Translations under genes and position numbers: made by a program | DNA from: a virus | Lineage: Duplodnaviria > Caudoviricetes | Virus record (IMG/VR): IMGVR_UViG_3300022178_002326 | Span: 540-64,539 of that record | Reading direction: 5' to 3' (one strand) | Length of the DNA stretch: 64,000 bases | The notes under the pieces: generated by a model | What the model was told of the DNA's origin: nothing | What the model saw: only the letters and a program-made list of their open reading frames with translations | Databases searched by the model: none | Part shown: positions 8,510-17,797 of the stretch, piece by piece | Layout of the letters: each line of letters begins with the position of its first letter | Numbering within the stretch: the stretch's first letter is position 1

Positions 8510-10357
8510 ATGCTAACTAACCTTATTGAAAATCGCGGAAAAGAGTTCAGTAACCTAATTAAACTTGGGGATTACCTCGCTAGAACTCTGAGAGAAAATG
8601 TAGAACTATTTAACGTGGAGGATGGTGTCGCAACCTACCTTACTGAGAGTGGATCTGTTATTAGTGGAAAATACGCATTCACCCCTACCTTAAACTTATC
8701 TAAGATTATCGTAGAGGATGCTTCCGTTCTTGAAGATGTAAAATCTTTTGAATCCGCTACAGATAAGAAAGTAATGAAATTACTATCTAATCTTCTTGAG
8801 GATGATTATCAATCTGCTGATAATTCTTTTGATAAGATATTATCTATGTTTGAAACTAAGATGTCTTATGACAGGATCAAAACAAGACTTCAAGAGAAGG
8901 TTGAAAGGTTTGGAGAGCAAACCAAGATCATATCTTCACCGGAGTTCCAACGTGTTAACGAGATTAAGGATAAGATTGTTGAGTTCTTAAAGGAAAATAA
9001 GAATGTCATCCAGTCTTCGGGTATTAAGAATGGCATGAAACTAGCAGCACTAGTCTCAACATCTTTTGACCTTCCTCGCATGACGGTCAATCAAATTCAA
9101 GAAAGCAAGAAGTTTGAAGTTAAAACGATTGGCAAGACTAGCATTTATGAGCACCTATGCAGAAAGGAGTTAATTCAAAAAGAACTTCTAGAAGCTAAGG
9201 AAGGCTTTGAAAACATTTGGGTTACGAACGACAGCGTTCAAGAGTTGGCTTCGATGATCTTCGAGTCTGATGAAGGCACCGTAAGGCATCAAGTGGCTCA
9301 GGTAGTTTCAGAAGCTCCCTATCTTGCGCTATCTACTAAGAAGCAAATTTCAAATCTGATCCGTAACTCACTTTCAGTGAATGAGATCAAGGCTAAAGAT
9401 CGAGAGATAAACTCGTTTGCTAGTAAGATTTTTGAAATGAAGGGTCCTGTTAAGAAGCACGTTATTAACATTCTTAATGAAAAGTATGGTATTGACGTAC
9501 GCAAGTTAAGCGAAGTTCCTACATTTAAAACCTTAGTAATGACTGAGGCTGAGATACTTACTCATATCGCAGGATTTGCTCCTTCCAAGTCGATTGTAAA
9601 GAAGTCTCTTCTAGAGCTTGCTAGATCCCTTAAGCTAAAGAACGGTTCGGAGGCTATCGACTTATCTGATTTCTTAAATGAGATATTTGCGGAAGCTGAG
9701 TATGCCGGAGTATTGAATGAGACTAGTTTGATGGATTACATGGATTTCTCTAGAGTCGCTGATGACTTAGGGAAGATTGGTCAAGTTCTGAAGATGCTGG
9801 GTCCTGCTGTTGATAAGGTAGCAGACCAAGTAGAGGATCACGGAGAGGACATGGCCGATGATAAGCCTATGGAAATGGGACAAGAAAAGCCAGAAGATCC
9901 TTTAGGATCCCCCGACCCTATGGATAGTGAATCAGAAACTCCTATGGATATGAAGCCTGAAGGACCGGATGCTGATGAGGTTGCTGATGAGGTTAAGGGC
10001 GAAGTCGAAGATGAAGAGGCAGCAGCGTTCCCTGAAGAAGAAATGCCTGAAGAAGATGGCGAAGAGGAGATGCCTGAATTAGACGGTGAAGAAGAGATGG
10101 AAGATGGTGAGGAAGAGATGGAAGATGGTGAGGAAGAGATGGAAGGCGAAGATGAAGGAGAAGATGTAAAGGAAATGCCTGAAGATGATCTGACTGGAAT
10201 CCTATCTAAGCTTGAAGACCTTCTAGGAGATTTAAAGGGTGATGATGAGGGTGAAGAAGAATTCGAAGATGATGAGGAAGAAGAAGAATTCGAAGATGAA
10301 GAAGAAGAGGATGACGACGAAGATGATGAGTTGGATCCTGAGCAATACAAGAGTTAG
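8510..10357 (+). CDS. helical protein with very long acidic C-terminal tail; probable prohead core/internal protein
   Basis: Directly follows portal; roughly the last 190 aa are dominated by D/E and include EEEMEDG repeats; LxE motifs (NLIE, VLNE). Function inferred. Confidence 0.5.
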   Translation: MLTNLIENRGKEFSNLIKLGDYLARTLRENVELFNVEDGVATYLTESGSVISGKYAFTPTLNLSKIIVEDASVLEDVKSFESATDKKVMKLLSNLLEDDYQSADNSFDKILSMFETKMSYDRIKTRLQEKVERFGEQTKIISSPEFQRVNEIKDKIVEFLKENKNVIQSSGIKNGMKLAALVSTSFDLPRMTVNQIQESKKFEVKTIGKTSIYEHLCRKELIQKELLEAKEGFENIWVTNDSVQELASMIFESDEGTVRHQVAQVVSEAPYLALSTKKQISNLIRNSLSVNEIKAKDREINSFASKIFEMKGPVKKHVINILNEKYGIDVRKLSEVPTFKTLVMTEAEILTHIAGFAPSKSIVKKSLLELARSLKLKNGSEAIDLSDFLNEIFAEAEYAGVLNETSLMDYMDFSRVADDLGKIGQVLKMLGPAVDKVADQVEDHGEDMADDKPMEMGQEKPEDPLGSPDPMDSESETPMDMKPEGPDADEVADEVKGEVEDEEAAAFPEEEMPEEDGEEEMPELDGEEEMEDGEEEMEDGEEEMEGEDEGEDVKEMPEDDLTGILSKLEDLLGDLKGDDEGEEEFEDDEEEEEFEDEEEEDDDEDDELDPEQYKS

Positions 10358-10370
10358 TAAGGTTTAACGA

Positions 10371-11639
10371 ATGACTAATAATAAGATTCCTTTAGCTTTA
10401 GGATATGACCCCTCTACGGGAAATGCATCCGGGCTAGAGGAATTTACTCTTGATCTAAGTAATGTAGGAGGTGTTTGTGATACACCTCCTACTCCTAATC
10501 AATCATTAGTTTTCGATGGGTCCAATTGGTGCCCTTCAACCATTGTAACCGGCGGTGGTGGTGGTGGTGGTTCTGTTAATTTAGGATACAATGCCGCAAC
10601 CACCTCCGGGGAGGTAACTAACTCTGGCGGTACTAACGCTACTATTCCAGCCGCTGACGGAACTAACGCGGGGCTTATTTTAGCTTCTGAAAAAACTAAG
10701 TTAGGTAATATTGAGGATGATGCCACGAGAGATCAATCAGCATCAGAGATAAGAACTTTGGTGGAGTCCGCTACGGACTCTAATGTATTTACAGATGATG
10801 ATCATAGTAAATTAAATGGAATAACCGCTGGTGCAACTCCTACAAACACAACCAATGTAACAAACGCAGGTGCTTTGATGATATCTGGTGGTACAATAAC
10901 TGGCAATCTGGCTATTGAGGGAACTCTAAAGTCTTTAGATGTAGATAAGAACTCTCTTGTAATTACTAATAGTGCTTCGGCGGTATCAAGCCTTTCAGGT
11001 GCTTCAGGATCTATAGTTTACTTTGAAGGTACAACCCCTCTTGCACCGTCGCTCAAGACTTTTGCACAGATTCTATCTAATGAGAATTATAATATAAGTC
11101 CTGGAGCTACCTATGCCGCTAGTCCAACACTGCAACATATAACAGGAAACCCTATAGCTAGCACCGCCTCAACTAGCAAAACTGCATTAAATACAGTGTC
11201 GCTACCTGCTGATACTTTAGCTTCTGCAACAACGGTAAGAATTACCTATAATGGGACTGTTAATGGCAACGGGGGTGCTGTTTATTTTTATGTTGATAGA
11301 GAACCCGGTGGTGATGGAGAAGTACTTTTACTTGAATCTAATAGTACCTTTGATGACGCAGCCACTGATCAAGCCTTTACAATGATTGTTGAAATTATTG
11401 GAGTCACGACTGATAGACAAAGAATAACTCAAAACTTTAAATCCAGTACACCAACCGCCGCAGCCGCAGGCGTAGGAGGTATCGGCTCAGTTGGAAAGAG
11501 TGGATTTGCTTACGTTGGCACAACCTTAGACGATAGTTCAGCACACTCAATAACACTAAGCTCTAAACTTGCATCCTCTTCGAACGGACTCGTCAGTATA
11601 GATGAGGTCCTAGTAGAGAAAATAGGACCCTTAGCCTAA
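10371..11639 (+). CDS. fibre-like virion protein
   Basis: Typical phage fibre repeats AGLILASEKTKLGNIE..AT.DQ and SNVFTDDDHSKLNGI, poly-Gly linker, beta-rich C-terminal domain. Confidence 0.7.
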   Translation: MTNNKIPLALGYDPSTGNASGLEEFTLDLSNVGGVCDTPPTPNQSLVFDGSNWCPSTIVTGGGGGGGSVNLGYNAATTSGEVTNSGGTNATIPAADGTNAGLILASEKTKLGNIEDDATRDQSASEIRTLVESATDSNVFTDDDHSKLNGITAGATPTNTTNVTNAGALMISGGTITGNLAIEGTLKSLDVDKNSLVITNSASAVSSLSGASGSIVYFEGTTPLAPSLKTFAQILSNENYNISPGATYAASPTLQHITGNPIASTASTSKTALNTVSLPADTLASATTVRITYNGTVNGNGGAVYFYVDREPGGDGEVLLLESNSTFDDAATDQAFTMIVEIIGVTTDRQRITQNFKSSTPTAAAAGVGGIGSVGKSGFAYVGTTLDDSSAHSITLSSKLASSSNGLVSIDEVLVEKIGPLA

Positions 11640-11876
11640 AAGCATATCACCACGTTTAAGTGAGTTGAATAGTCGGATATAGAAAAGCTCTCTGAGGGAA
11701 TCTAATTCTCTCATAACACTTGTAAGATTTCTCAATGTAGTTTCATTAATATTCTTACTAGTTTTTATTTCTTTTAGTATTTCCATACAAGAGTTTAGTG
11801 TATCCTCTTGTTCTTTCGTCAGAGTGTTAATAGCGTCTACCTGAGCTTCTCTGGATATTATATTAGAATTTGACAT
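11631..11876 (-). CDS. hypothetical helical protein
   Basis: 81-aa ORF overlapping the helicase stop, likely co-transcribed. Confidence 0.6.
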   Translation of the reverse strand: MSNSNIISREAQVDAINTLTKEQEDTLNSCMEILKEIKTSKNINETTLRNLTSVMRELDSLRELFYIRLFNSLKRGDMLLG

Positions 11877-13257
11877 GATTTACTTCGAATTTTAATTTAT
11901 TGTAGTGTTTTATTCTTTGCTTAGAATGTTGCTCTAGATAAGGGATTCTATCCATAAAGTCATAGAAGTACATCTTATCCTTTCCTTTTGCTTTTCTTAT
12001 TCCTCGCCCTAGACCCTGCAATGTAGGAACCTCTCCTGACAACCCTCTAGCATTGACCATGTGGCTAATCTCGTCAATGCTGATACCTGTTTGCATAACA
12101 TTAGTTCCAATAATGGTTGCAGGATTAGAATCTTCTACAAACTTATTTATTACACTGTATCTACTCTCGATGTCATCCTTGCCTTCGATAGTGTAGCAGT
12201 TGGGTATGCTATCTTTAAGATTAGCTATATGTTGCAAGTTTTTTACAAGTATAAGTATCTTTGCATTTGGGTTTGATTTGTAGATCTTAGAAACAATAGT
12301 ATTAATTTTATTGTTACGCACGTCAGAGTTTACTATGTACGTTTCGTATATTTCTTGGTAGGTCATGCCGTCATCCACAGATGACACAGGAGTGTTATCT
12401 ACAATTTGTATTATCGGCTTTGCTAGGCTACCATCTTTAATAAGATCTTCTGCTGTTCTTGTAGTATGAATATCTCCAAACGCACCTTCTAGAACCATCC
12501 TAGCGTTGATATCTTTTGAACCCTCACCAGGAGGCGTTGCAGTGAAAGCAAGCCTATAGGTAGCGTTAGGGAAGCTCTCAATGGCTGCTATGGTAGTTTC
12601 TCCCTTACAGAATTGATGGGCTTCATCGATCATCAACAGGTTGGATGTTTCTAGGTGACTATCTATAACCTTTTCAATGCTCTGTACGGTAGACAACATA
12701 ATCTTACCTTGAAGAAATCCTTCTCCTGAGTTACATCCTAAATTCTTTATTCCACACTTTTGAAAGAATTCGTAGGTTTGTTTTAAGATACCTTTCTCTC
12801 TAAACAACACGATGGCGTTGAGATCTTCATTCTCATGTTGTAATGCCGCAATACATCCTGCCATAATTAGAGTCTTGCCTGACCCTGTAGGACTATCAAT
12901 GATTGCCCTCTTCTTTTTAAGACCTTCGTATATTGCTTTCTCTTGGTATTCACGGTATTCAAAGTTTTCAACCTTTGGGATAAAGAGTTCAACAGGCTTA
13001 GGTTTACTGGCCCATTCAATATCTGAATCTTCAACTCCTATTGATTTTAAGTCTTTTATTACTCTGTTTAGTAACCCTGTCTTAAACCTTCCTCGTGCGT
13101 CGAAATACTTCTTTTTACCGTCCCATCTTCGTGCTCTGTAGGCTGGAGAGTATTGATACCCTGGCACAGGAAATGCATACCTTTTCTTGAGAGCTTCTAT
13201 AATCTTTGGATTATCAGTCTCTAAAGTGGTCGTTAAGTTGTCCACTACGAATCTCAT
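11863..13257 (-). CDS. uvsW: SF2 DNA helicase, UvsW-like
   Basis: SPTGSGKT Walker A, DEAH, TAT motif III, TGISI motif V, QGLGRGIR motif VI; N-terminal WDGK motif. Confidence 0.9.
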   Translation of the reverse strand: MRFVVDNLTTTLETDNPKIIEALKKRYAFPVPGYQYSPAYRARRWDGKKKYFDARGRFKTGLLNRVIKDLKSIGVEDSDIEWASKPKPVELFIPKVENFEYREYQEKAIYEGLKKKRAIIDSPTGSGKTLIMAGCIAALQHENEDLNAIVLFREKGILKQTYEFFQKCGIKNLGCNSGEGFLQGKIMLSTVQSIEKVIDSHLETSNLLMIDEAHQFCKGETTIAAIESFPNATYRLAFTATPPGEGSKDINARMVLEGAFGDIHTTRTAEDLIKDGSLAKPIIQIVDNTPVSSVDDGMTYQEIYETYIVNSDVRNNKINTIVSKIYKSNPNAKILILVKNLQHIANLKDSIPNCYTIEGKDDIESRYSVINKFVEDSNPATIIGTNVMQTGISIDEISHMVNARGLSGEVPTLQGLGRGIRKAKGKDKMYFYDFMDRIPYLEQHSKQRIKHYNKLKFEVNHVKF

Positions 13258-13259
13258 AG

Positions 13260-13273
13260 ACTATTATAATAGT
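13260..13273. promoter_or_regulatory. palindromic bidirectional -10 element between helicase and gp26-like gene
   Basis: ACTATTATAATAGT is a perfect 14-bp palindrome containing TATAAT on both strands. Confidence 0.7.
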
Positions 13274-13294
13274 AGCATAGAAGTAGTTAAATTT

Positions 13295-14050
13295 ATGAGT
13301 GAAAATAAAAGAATTTTAGGACAGAGTTCAGACCCTAGAGAAGCAGCGTTAGAATCACTGTTCTCAAATTACGACTCTGATAGTATTACGGTAATCGATT
13401 TACCTTCGAAGGGTAAGTTTTACAAAGACTTCAAAGGTGTCGAAATTGAAGCATTAACTTACCTAGATGAGCAGAATATCCTTGCAAGCAAAGATTCAAA
13501 TATAGACATCGTAGCCAGACTTTTAGAAAAGTCTACTAAGGGTGTTCCTGTAGATGAATTACTTTCTATGGACAAAGTGTTCTTGTTGATGAAGGTTAGG
13601 GAGCTTTCTTACGGAGACTCTTATGAGTTTAAGGTGACTTGTCCTAAATGCACCACAGATGTAACAACTGACCTTATACTTTCTAAGCACTTAAACAAGA
13701 CTGATATTCCAGATGATCTGGAAGAACCTAGGACTATCAAATTACCTAAACTAGGGGTTGATGCTGAGGTAAGATTCCCAAGAAGTCGAGAGGAGATATT
13801 TTTAAAAGACACTGAATCCATTTATCGAAATATCTACAAATTCGTAGTATCTCTAAACGGTACTCAAGATCCCATCTTCATCTCTAAAGCACTTAAGAGA
13901 CTTCATATTATGGATATGAAGAAGCTAATAACAGAAGTAGTAAACAGTGATTATGGAGTGGATCCTAGGTTTATATTTGAGTGTCCTGAATGCTCATTTA
14001 CTGAAACCTTATCCATACCTTTGGATGCCAATTTTTTTTCAGTGAGCTAA
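13295..14050 (+). CDS. gp26: baseplate hub assembly / tail assembly chaperone (T4 gp26-like)
   Basis: LPSKGKFY, CPKC and CPEC Zn-type pairs, C-terminal ANFF. Start placed at MSENK (13295). Confidence 0.8.
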   Translation: MSENKRILGQSSDPREAALESLFSNYDSDSITVIDLPSKGKFYKDFKGVEIEALTYLDEQNILASKDSNIDIVARLLEKSTKGVPVDELLSMDKVFLLMKVRELSYGDSYEFKVTCPKCTTDVTTDLILSKHLNKTDIPDDLEEPRTIKLPKLGVDAEVRFPRSREEIFLKDTESIYRNIYKFVVSLNGTQDPIFISKALKRLHIMDMKKLITEVVNSDYGVDPRFIFECPECSFTETLSIPLDANFFSVS

Positions 14051-14217
14051 CTGACGCTTTATCATCGGAAGATCTCCTTTATCAAGCCTACATATTAATA
14101 AATAAGGTGGGCTTTACCTATTCCGATGTTAAAGCCATGAATAAAAAAGAGCGGTTAGCTTTCTTGCAGTTTTATACTGAAGAGATGAAAAAATTAGATA
14201 ATTCAAATGGAAATTAA
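14032..14217 (+). CDS. start-less -1 frame extension of the gp26-like gene (gp51-like / GT-type chaperone tail)
   Basis: T8 run at 14032-14039. The -1 frame reads FFFSELTDALSSEDLLYQAYILINKVGFTYSDVKAMNKKERLAFLQFYTEEMKKLDNSNGN*, with TGA stops shortly upstream and no ATG until codon ~36. Confidence 0.7.
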   Translation, partial: FFFSELTDALSSEDLLYQAYILINKVGFTYSDVKAMNKKERLAFLQFYTEEMKKLDNSNGN

Positions 14218-15145
14218 TAACAATCCGGTAACCACTAGGCATGAGAGACCTACCGTCCTTGGACCTACGGCTCTTATAGTATACTTTCTTAATGATGGTC
14301 AGTATGCGGATCCTTACCAAATAAGTGCTGTATCGGTATTTAAAGATTCGAGTAACCAATATCCTGATTATGTAATTGGATCAGATGGTGAGATCACGGC
14401 ATCCAGCTTAGTTCTTATGAACTATTCTAACTCGGCATCTGAGACATCTGACTCTGCTTTTGATGCTAGCAACTACAACCCAGGACCTACGGCTTCAGGA
14501 ATTTATAAGCTAGATGCTGGTAAGTATGCTGTGATTCTTAATCAGCCTTCTATACTTCCTTCTGGAGTATTCAACCTTTCAGGCGATACCGTAATTGATA
14601 ATCTGGTGGAGCAGACAGGGGATTACATAGATGTCTGGACGGTAAGGAGAGTAGCGGGATCAGATCTAGATACAATAATAAATGAGTTCACTCTAACAGA
14701 CGATAGATTTATTAGCGTTACAGAGCCTTTATTATTCAAGTGCTCTACTAGACTTGAAAATAATCAATTAGTTCTAGGATCCAAGACTGACCTAAAGTTC
14801 ATAAATGAATTTACTTTAGAAAATGCAAACATCGACAGAAGTATCCTAAACCTGTTTAAGCAGTCTTTGGTAACTCAGCCAATGGTTGAAATCATTAAGA
14901 AGAATACAGATCGAAATCTTGGTTCAAGAATTGAGGTGTCTGGTTACTCGGCTACTTCTGGTGTTGTAGATGTTACTTCTGAAAACACCGTAATATTCAC
15001 TTTAGATACGGAAGCTCTGAAAACTCACCCTGAATTATTAAACGGTAACTTAGGGTCTATGACAGGAACCTATGTCGCTAGGCTTAAGTTTAATGCATTA
15101 AATCAGACAATAGTGTCAAATGATTTATCATTTATCATACGCTAG
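14207..15145 (+). CDS. hypothetical, probably virion structural (beta-rich) protein
   Basis: 312-aa S/N/D/T-rich ORF whose start overlaps the frameshift extension. Confidence 0.55.
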   Translation: MEINNNPVTTRHERPTVLGPTALIVYFLNDGQYADPYQISAVSVFKDSSNQYPDYVIGSDGEITASSLVLMNYSNSASETSDSAFDASNYNPGPTASGIYKLDAGKYAVILNQPSILPSGVFNLSGDTVIDNLVEQTGDYIDVWTVRRVAGSDLDTIINEFTLTDDRFISVTEPLLFKCSTRLENNQLVLGSKTDLKFINEFTLENANIDRSILNLFKQSLVTQPMVEIIKKNTDRNLGSRIEVSGYSATSGVVDVTSENTVIFTLDTEALKTHPELLNGNLGSMTGTYVARLKFNALNQTIVSNDLSFIIR

Positions 15146-16078
15146 TAACGCTAGGCTAAGGTAGTTTAACTCTGTAAGGTTCTTGGTGCTTTCTAAGAGA
15201 GCATCAGGACCATCCTTGATTAGGATCTCATTCCAATCCTTTCTGTTATTAGGTGGAATAACTGTTTTGATATTATCCTTCTTAGCCCAGTATGCTAGCT
15301 TTAGAAACTTCTCCCTACCTTCCATTCCGGCTCCGTCACTGTCGAATGCACATACGAGTGGTCCTTGATACTGAGCAAGCTGAAGCATCTGCTCACGGCT
15401 TGTAAAGCAGCTTAGAGTCGTTGTTGAGTTTAACCCTACTGCCTGTAGGCTTAGACAATCAAAGACCCCCTCAGTGATGTACAGAGGCTCATACGAGCCG
15501 TAATCAAAGGGGTATAGGACTTGTGAGCTTTTAAGGTTCTTGCAGTTCAAATACTTAGGCATCTCATCTCCTGTAGCTCTAGCTTGGAAGTAAAACATCT
15601 TATTATTCCTGTTGATAAAAGGAATAATTAACCTGCCTTCATACTTTCCCTTTGTAGCTAAAAAGAACTTGAACCCTGATAGCATTCTGCTAGCAACTAA
15701 AGGATGATCTTCACAAAGTTCAAAATCTTCAACTTCGTCTAGATTGGATTCAATAGTATTCGGATTAAACTCGGATAAGTTTTTAGGAGGACTAAAGGAT
15801 CCTCTAGCCATAAAGTCTTCAAATACAAACTTCTCATATGCTTCCCTGTAGGAGCATTTCTCTAGCATGGAGTATAGCTTTACGAAGTTTCCGGTTTCGC
15901 CTGACTTGAAACATCTCCATAATCCTGTCTCAAGGTTGATAGACATGTGACGCTTGTAGTCATCTTCAATAAATAAAGAAGGAACTACCAGTTCGGTATC
16001 ATCACTAGAAAGCCTATAATTAGATAGGAACCTACCTAAACAGTATTTTCTAATGTAGGAATCAGTTGCAATGTTCAT
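15128..16078 (-). CDS. DNA primase-like Toprim protein
   Basis: WRCFKSG (Zn-binding-domain-like), GRLIIPF, YFQAR, PKYLN, ITEGVFD, FDSDGAG, KDWNE. Start placed at MNIATD. Confidence 0.85.
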   Translation of the reverse strand: MNIATDSYIRKYCLGRFLSNYRLSSDDTELVVPSLFIEDDYKRHMSINLETGLWRCFKSGETGNFVKLYSMLEKCSYREAYEKFVFEDFMARGSFSPPKNLSEFNPNTIESNLDEVEDFELCEDHPLVASRMLSGFKFFLATKGKYEGRLIIPFINRNNKMFYFQARATGDEMPKYLNCKNLKSSQVLYPFDYGSYEPLYITEGVFDCLSLQAVGLNSTTTLSCFTSREQMLQLAQYQGPLVCAFDSDGAGMEGREKFLKLAYWAKKDNIKTVIPPNNRKDWNEILIKDGPDALLESTKNLTELNYLSLALLAYDK

Positions 16079-16871
16079 AAATAATATTAGTGCCTCTCGT
16101 AGTGACATCATAGATCAGTGCCTATGGAAATACAAACTGAGATATATAGAAAGATTACCAGGATTTGGAACCAAGAATGAGGATGCCTTGAATTTCGGAT
16201 CCTTCATTCATAAGATATTTGAAGTAGGGTATAAAGAGAATGATATTAAATCTCTTTTAAAGATAGCCGAACAAGAGAGACCTACTTACAAAGTTCCATT
16301 CGTGGAAAACGATAGAATGAAGGCTTGCTTAGAGAATTTCATAATATGGAACAGCAAGTTAGGAGAAACAGTTTCAACTGAGCAGGCCATAAGAGTTCCT
16401 CTGGACAAGAAAAACGATATCGACTTTATTGGAATTATCGACAGGGTTGTTAAGGGAACAGACGGTGGATATTTAATTATCGATTATAAGACTTCCAAGC
16501 GTGAGAAAAAGAAGAAGACGTTAATGGACGATAATCAGCTTAAGGGGTATGCATGGGCTATCCATGAGACTTACGATGTTCCTTACAACCAAATATTCTG
16601 CGCTCACTATTATCCTGTGACTGGAAACTTTGTATCAGTCAAGTTCTCTAAATTCCAAATTGATATGTGGAAAAAGAAGCAGCTAGATAAAGTCTGGATG
16701 ATTCGAAAGAAGAAGAAGGATGAGTTCTGGGCTTCTCAGAATATGTTCTGTGACTGGTGTGAGTATAAGGATGCTTGTCCAAAATTCAATTCAGAAGACA
16801 CGGTATGTAAGCGTCTAGATGAACAGAAGGAACTTAAGGACAAGCTGAGTAAAGAAAAGAAGTCATTATGA
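16071..16871 (+). CDS. Cas4/RecB-like PD-(D/E)XK nuclease with Fe-S cysteines
   Basis: SASR..QCLWKY, GIIDRV, IIDYKTS, QLKGY, C-terminal FCDWCEYKDACP. Confidence 0.9.
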   Translation: MFINNISASRSDIIDQCLWKYKLRYIERLPGFGTKNEDALNFGSFIHKIFEVGYKENDIKSLLKIAEQERPTYKVPFVENDRMKACLENFIIWNSKLGETVSTEQAIRVPLDKKNDIDFIGIIDRVVKGTDGGYLIIDYKTSKREKKKKTLMDDNQLKGYAWAIHETYDVPYNQIFCAHYYPVTGNFVSVKFSKFQIDMWKKKQLDKVWMIRKKKKDEFWASQNMFCDWCEYKDACPKFNSEDTVCKRLDEQKELKDKLSKEKKSL

Positions 16872-17027
16872 CATCCATCCTAAGATAGCCATAATAACAA
16901 GGATTAATCCTACAGTGCTGGAGAATCCGTCAGACTCTCCATACTCAGCGGAGCTAGGAACTACATCATTTTTAATTCGGTAATTGGCTCTCCATACTGC
17001 ATCCGTAAGGTCTTCTTTATTAGTCAT
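16866..17027 (-). CDS. 53-aa protein with C-terminal membrane anchor (not in the ORF track)
   Basis: MTNKEDLTDAVWRANYRIKNDVVPSSAEYGESDGFSSTVGLILVIMAILGWMS*; start overlaps the upstream stop, and it fills the gap exactly. Confidence 0.6.
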   Translation of the reverse strand: MTNKEDLTDAVWRANYRIKNDVVPSSAEYGESDGFSSTVGLILVIMAILGWMS

Positions 17028-17322
17028 AGTATTTACTCTCTTTTAAGGTTCCTGATATTATAGGTGAATATATCTCGTAGTCAATATCTGTTAGGAAGCT
17101 TTCTACAACTTCTTGGCTAAATCCAGAATCAACCACTAGAAACTTGTACAGTATGTTCAGTTTCAAAGGCTTTCTTGAATCCAGGCATTTTAATAGCCTC
17201 ATCTGTAGTAGACTTGGAAGTCTTTTACCGTATTTAAATCCCCATTTATCTGTAAAATCACTAGAGAAAGTGAAGCTCAGTAAATCTATTGTTTCAACTA
17301 AATCTTCTTCAAGGTTACTCAT
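17020..17322 (-). CDS. hypothetical protein
   Basis: 100-aa ORF; no motif recognised. Confidence 0.6.
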   Translation of the reverse strand: MSNLEEDLVETIDLLSFTFSSDFTDKWGFKYGKRLPSLLQMRLLKCLDSRKPLKLNILYKFLVVDSGFSQEVVESFLTDIDYEIYSPIISGTLKESKYYD

Positions 17323-17395
17323 AATATATAAATATGTAATAGATGTCCTTCGGTTGGTTTAAGGATAAATTCTGGATAAATACTAAATTGTTACA

Positions 17396-17797
17396 ATGAA
17401 CAGAAGTCTTACTGCACCTCTTGCTGCTAATTTGGAACCCTACCAGTATATGCTTAAAGAGACCTCCTACTTAGGATTAAAGCCCGGAGACCTAATCCAG
17501 ATAAATTATGAAGGGTGGTTTAGATACGGTCTTGTTGTATCGTCTAGAGGCACTGCTAATGGCATGTTTGTATCTAGTAGGTACAATGCTCTACTTAATG
17601 TAGTTGATGTTCAGTCGTTAAGTGAGGGGATGTTCCCTTTAATGGTAAATAACTTATACAAGAATAGAAGTGCCTGTAATTATCATTCCCCGGCTATTAT
17701 TGGAACTTTCCTAGGGAAAAATAATTTTAGAACCTTTAACACATCTAAGATGACTGACTTGATAAGTATTGAAATCACTAAGGATATAGATGAGTAA
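17396..17797 (+). CDS. hypothetical protein, weak resemblance to DNA end-protector (gp2-like) proteins
   Basis: PGDLIQINY near the N-terminus and NFRTFNTSKM..LISI at the C-terminus loosely match distant gp2-like proteins; uncertain. Confidence 0.3.
   Translation: MNRSLTAPLAANLEPYQYMLKETSYLGLKPGDLIQINYEGWFRYGLVVSSRGTANGMFVSSRYNALLNVVDVQSLSEGMFPLMVNNLYKNRSACNYHSPAIIGTFLGKNNFRTFNTSKMTDLISIEITKDIDE

Noticed and set aside
9838-10350. 170-aa poly-Ser ORF on the minus strand
   Set aside because: Antisense shadow of the GAA/GAT-rich acidic tail of the 8510 gene.
16071-16871. Cas4-like gene as evidence of a CRISPR-Cas system
   Set aside because: No repeat-spacer array or other cas gene in the window; solo Cas4/RecB-like nucleases are common in phages.
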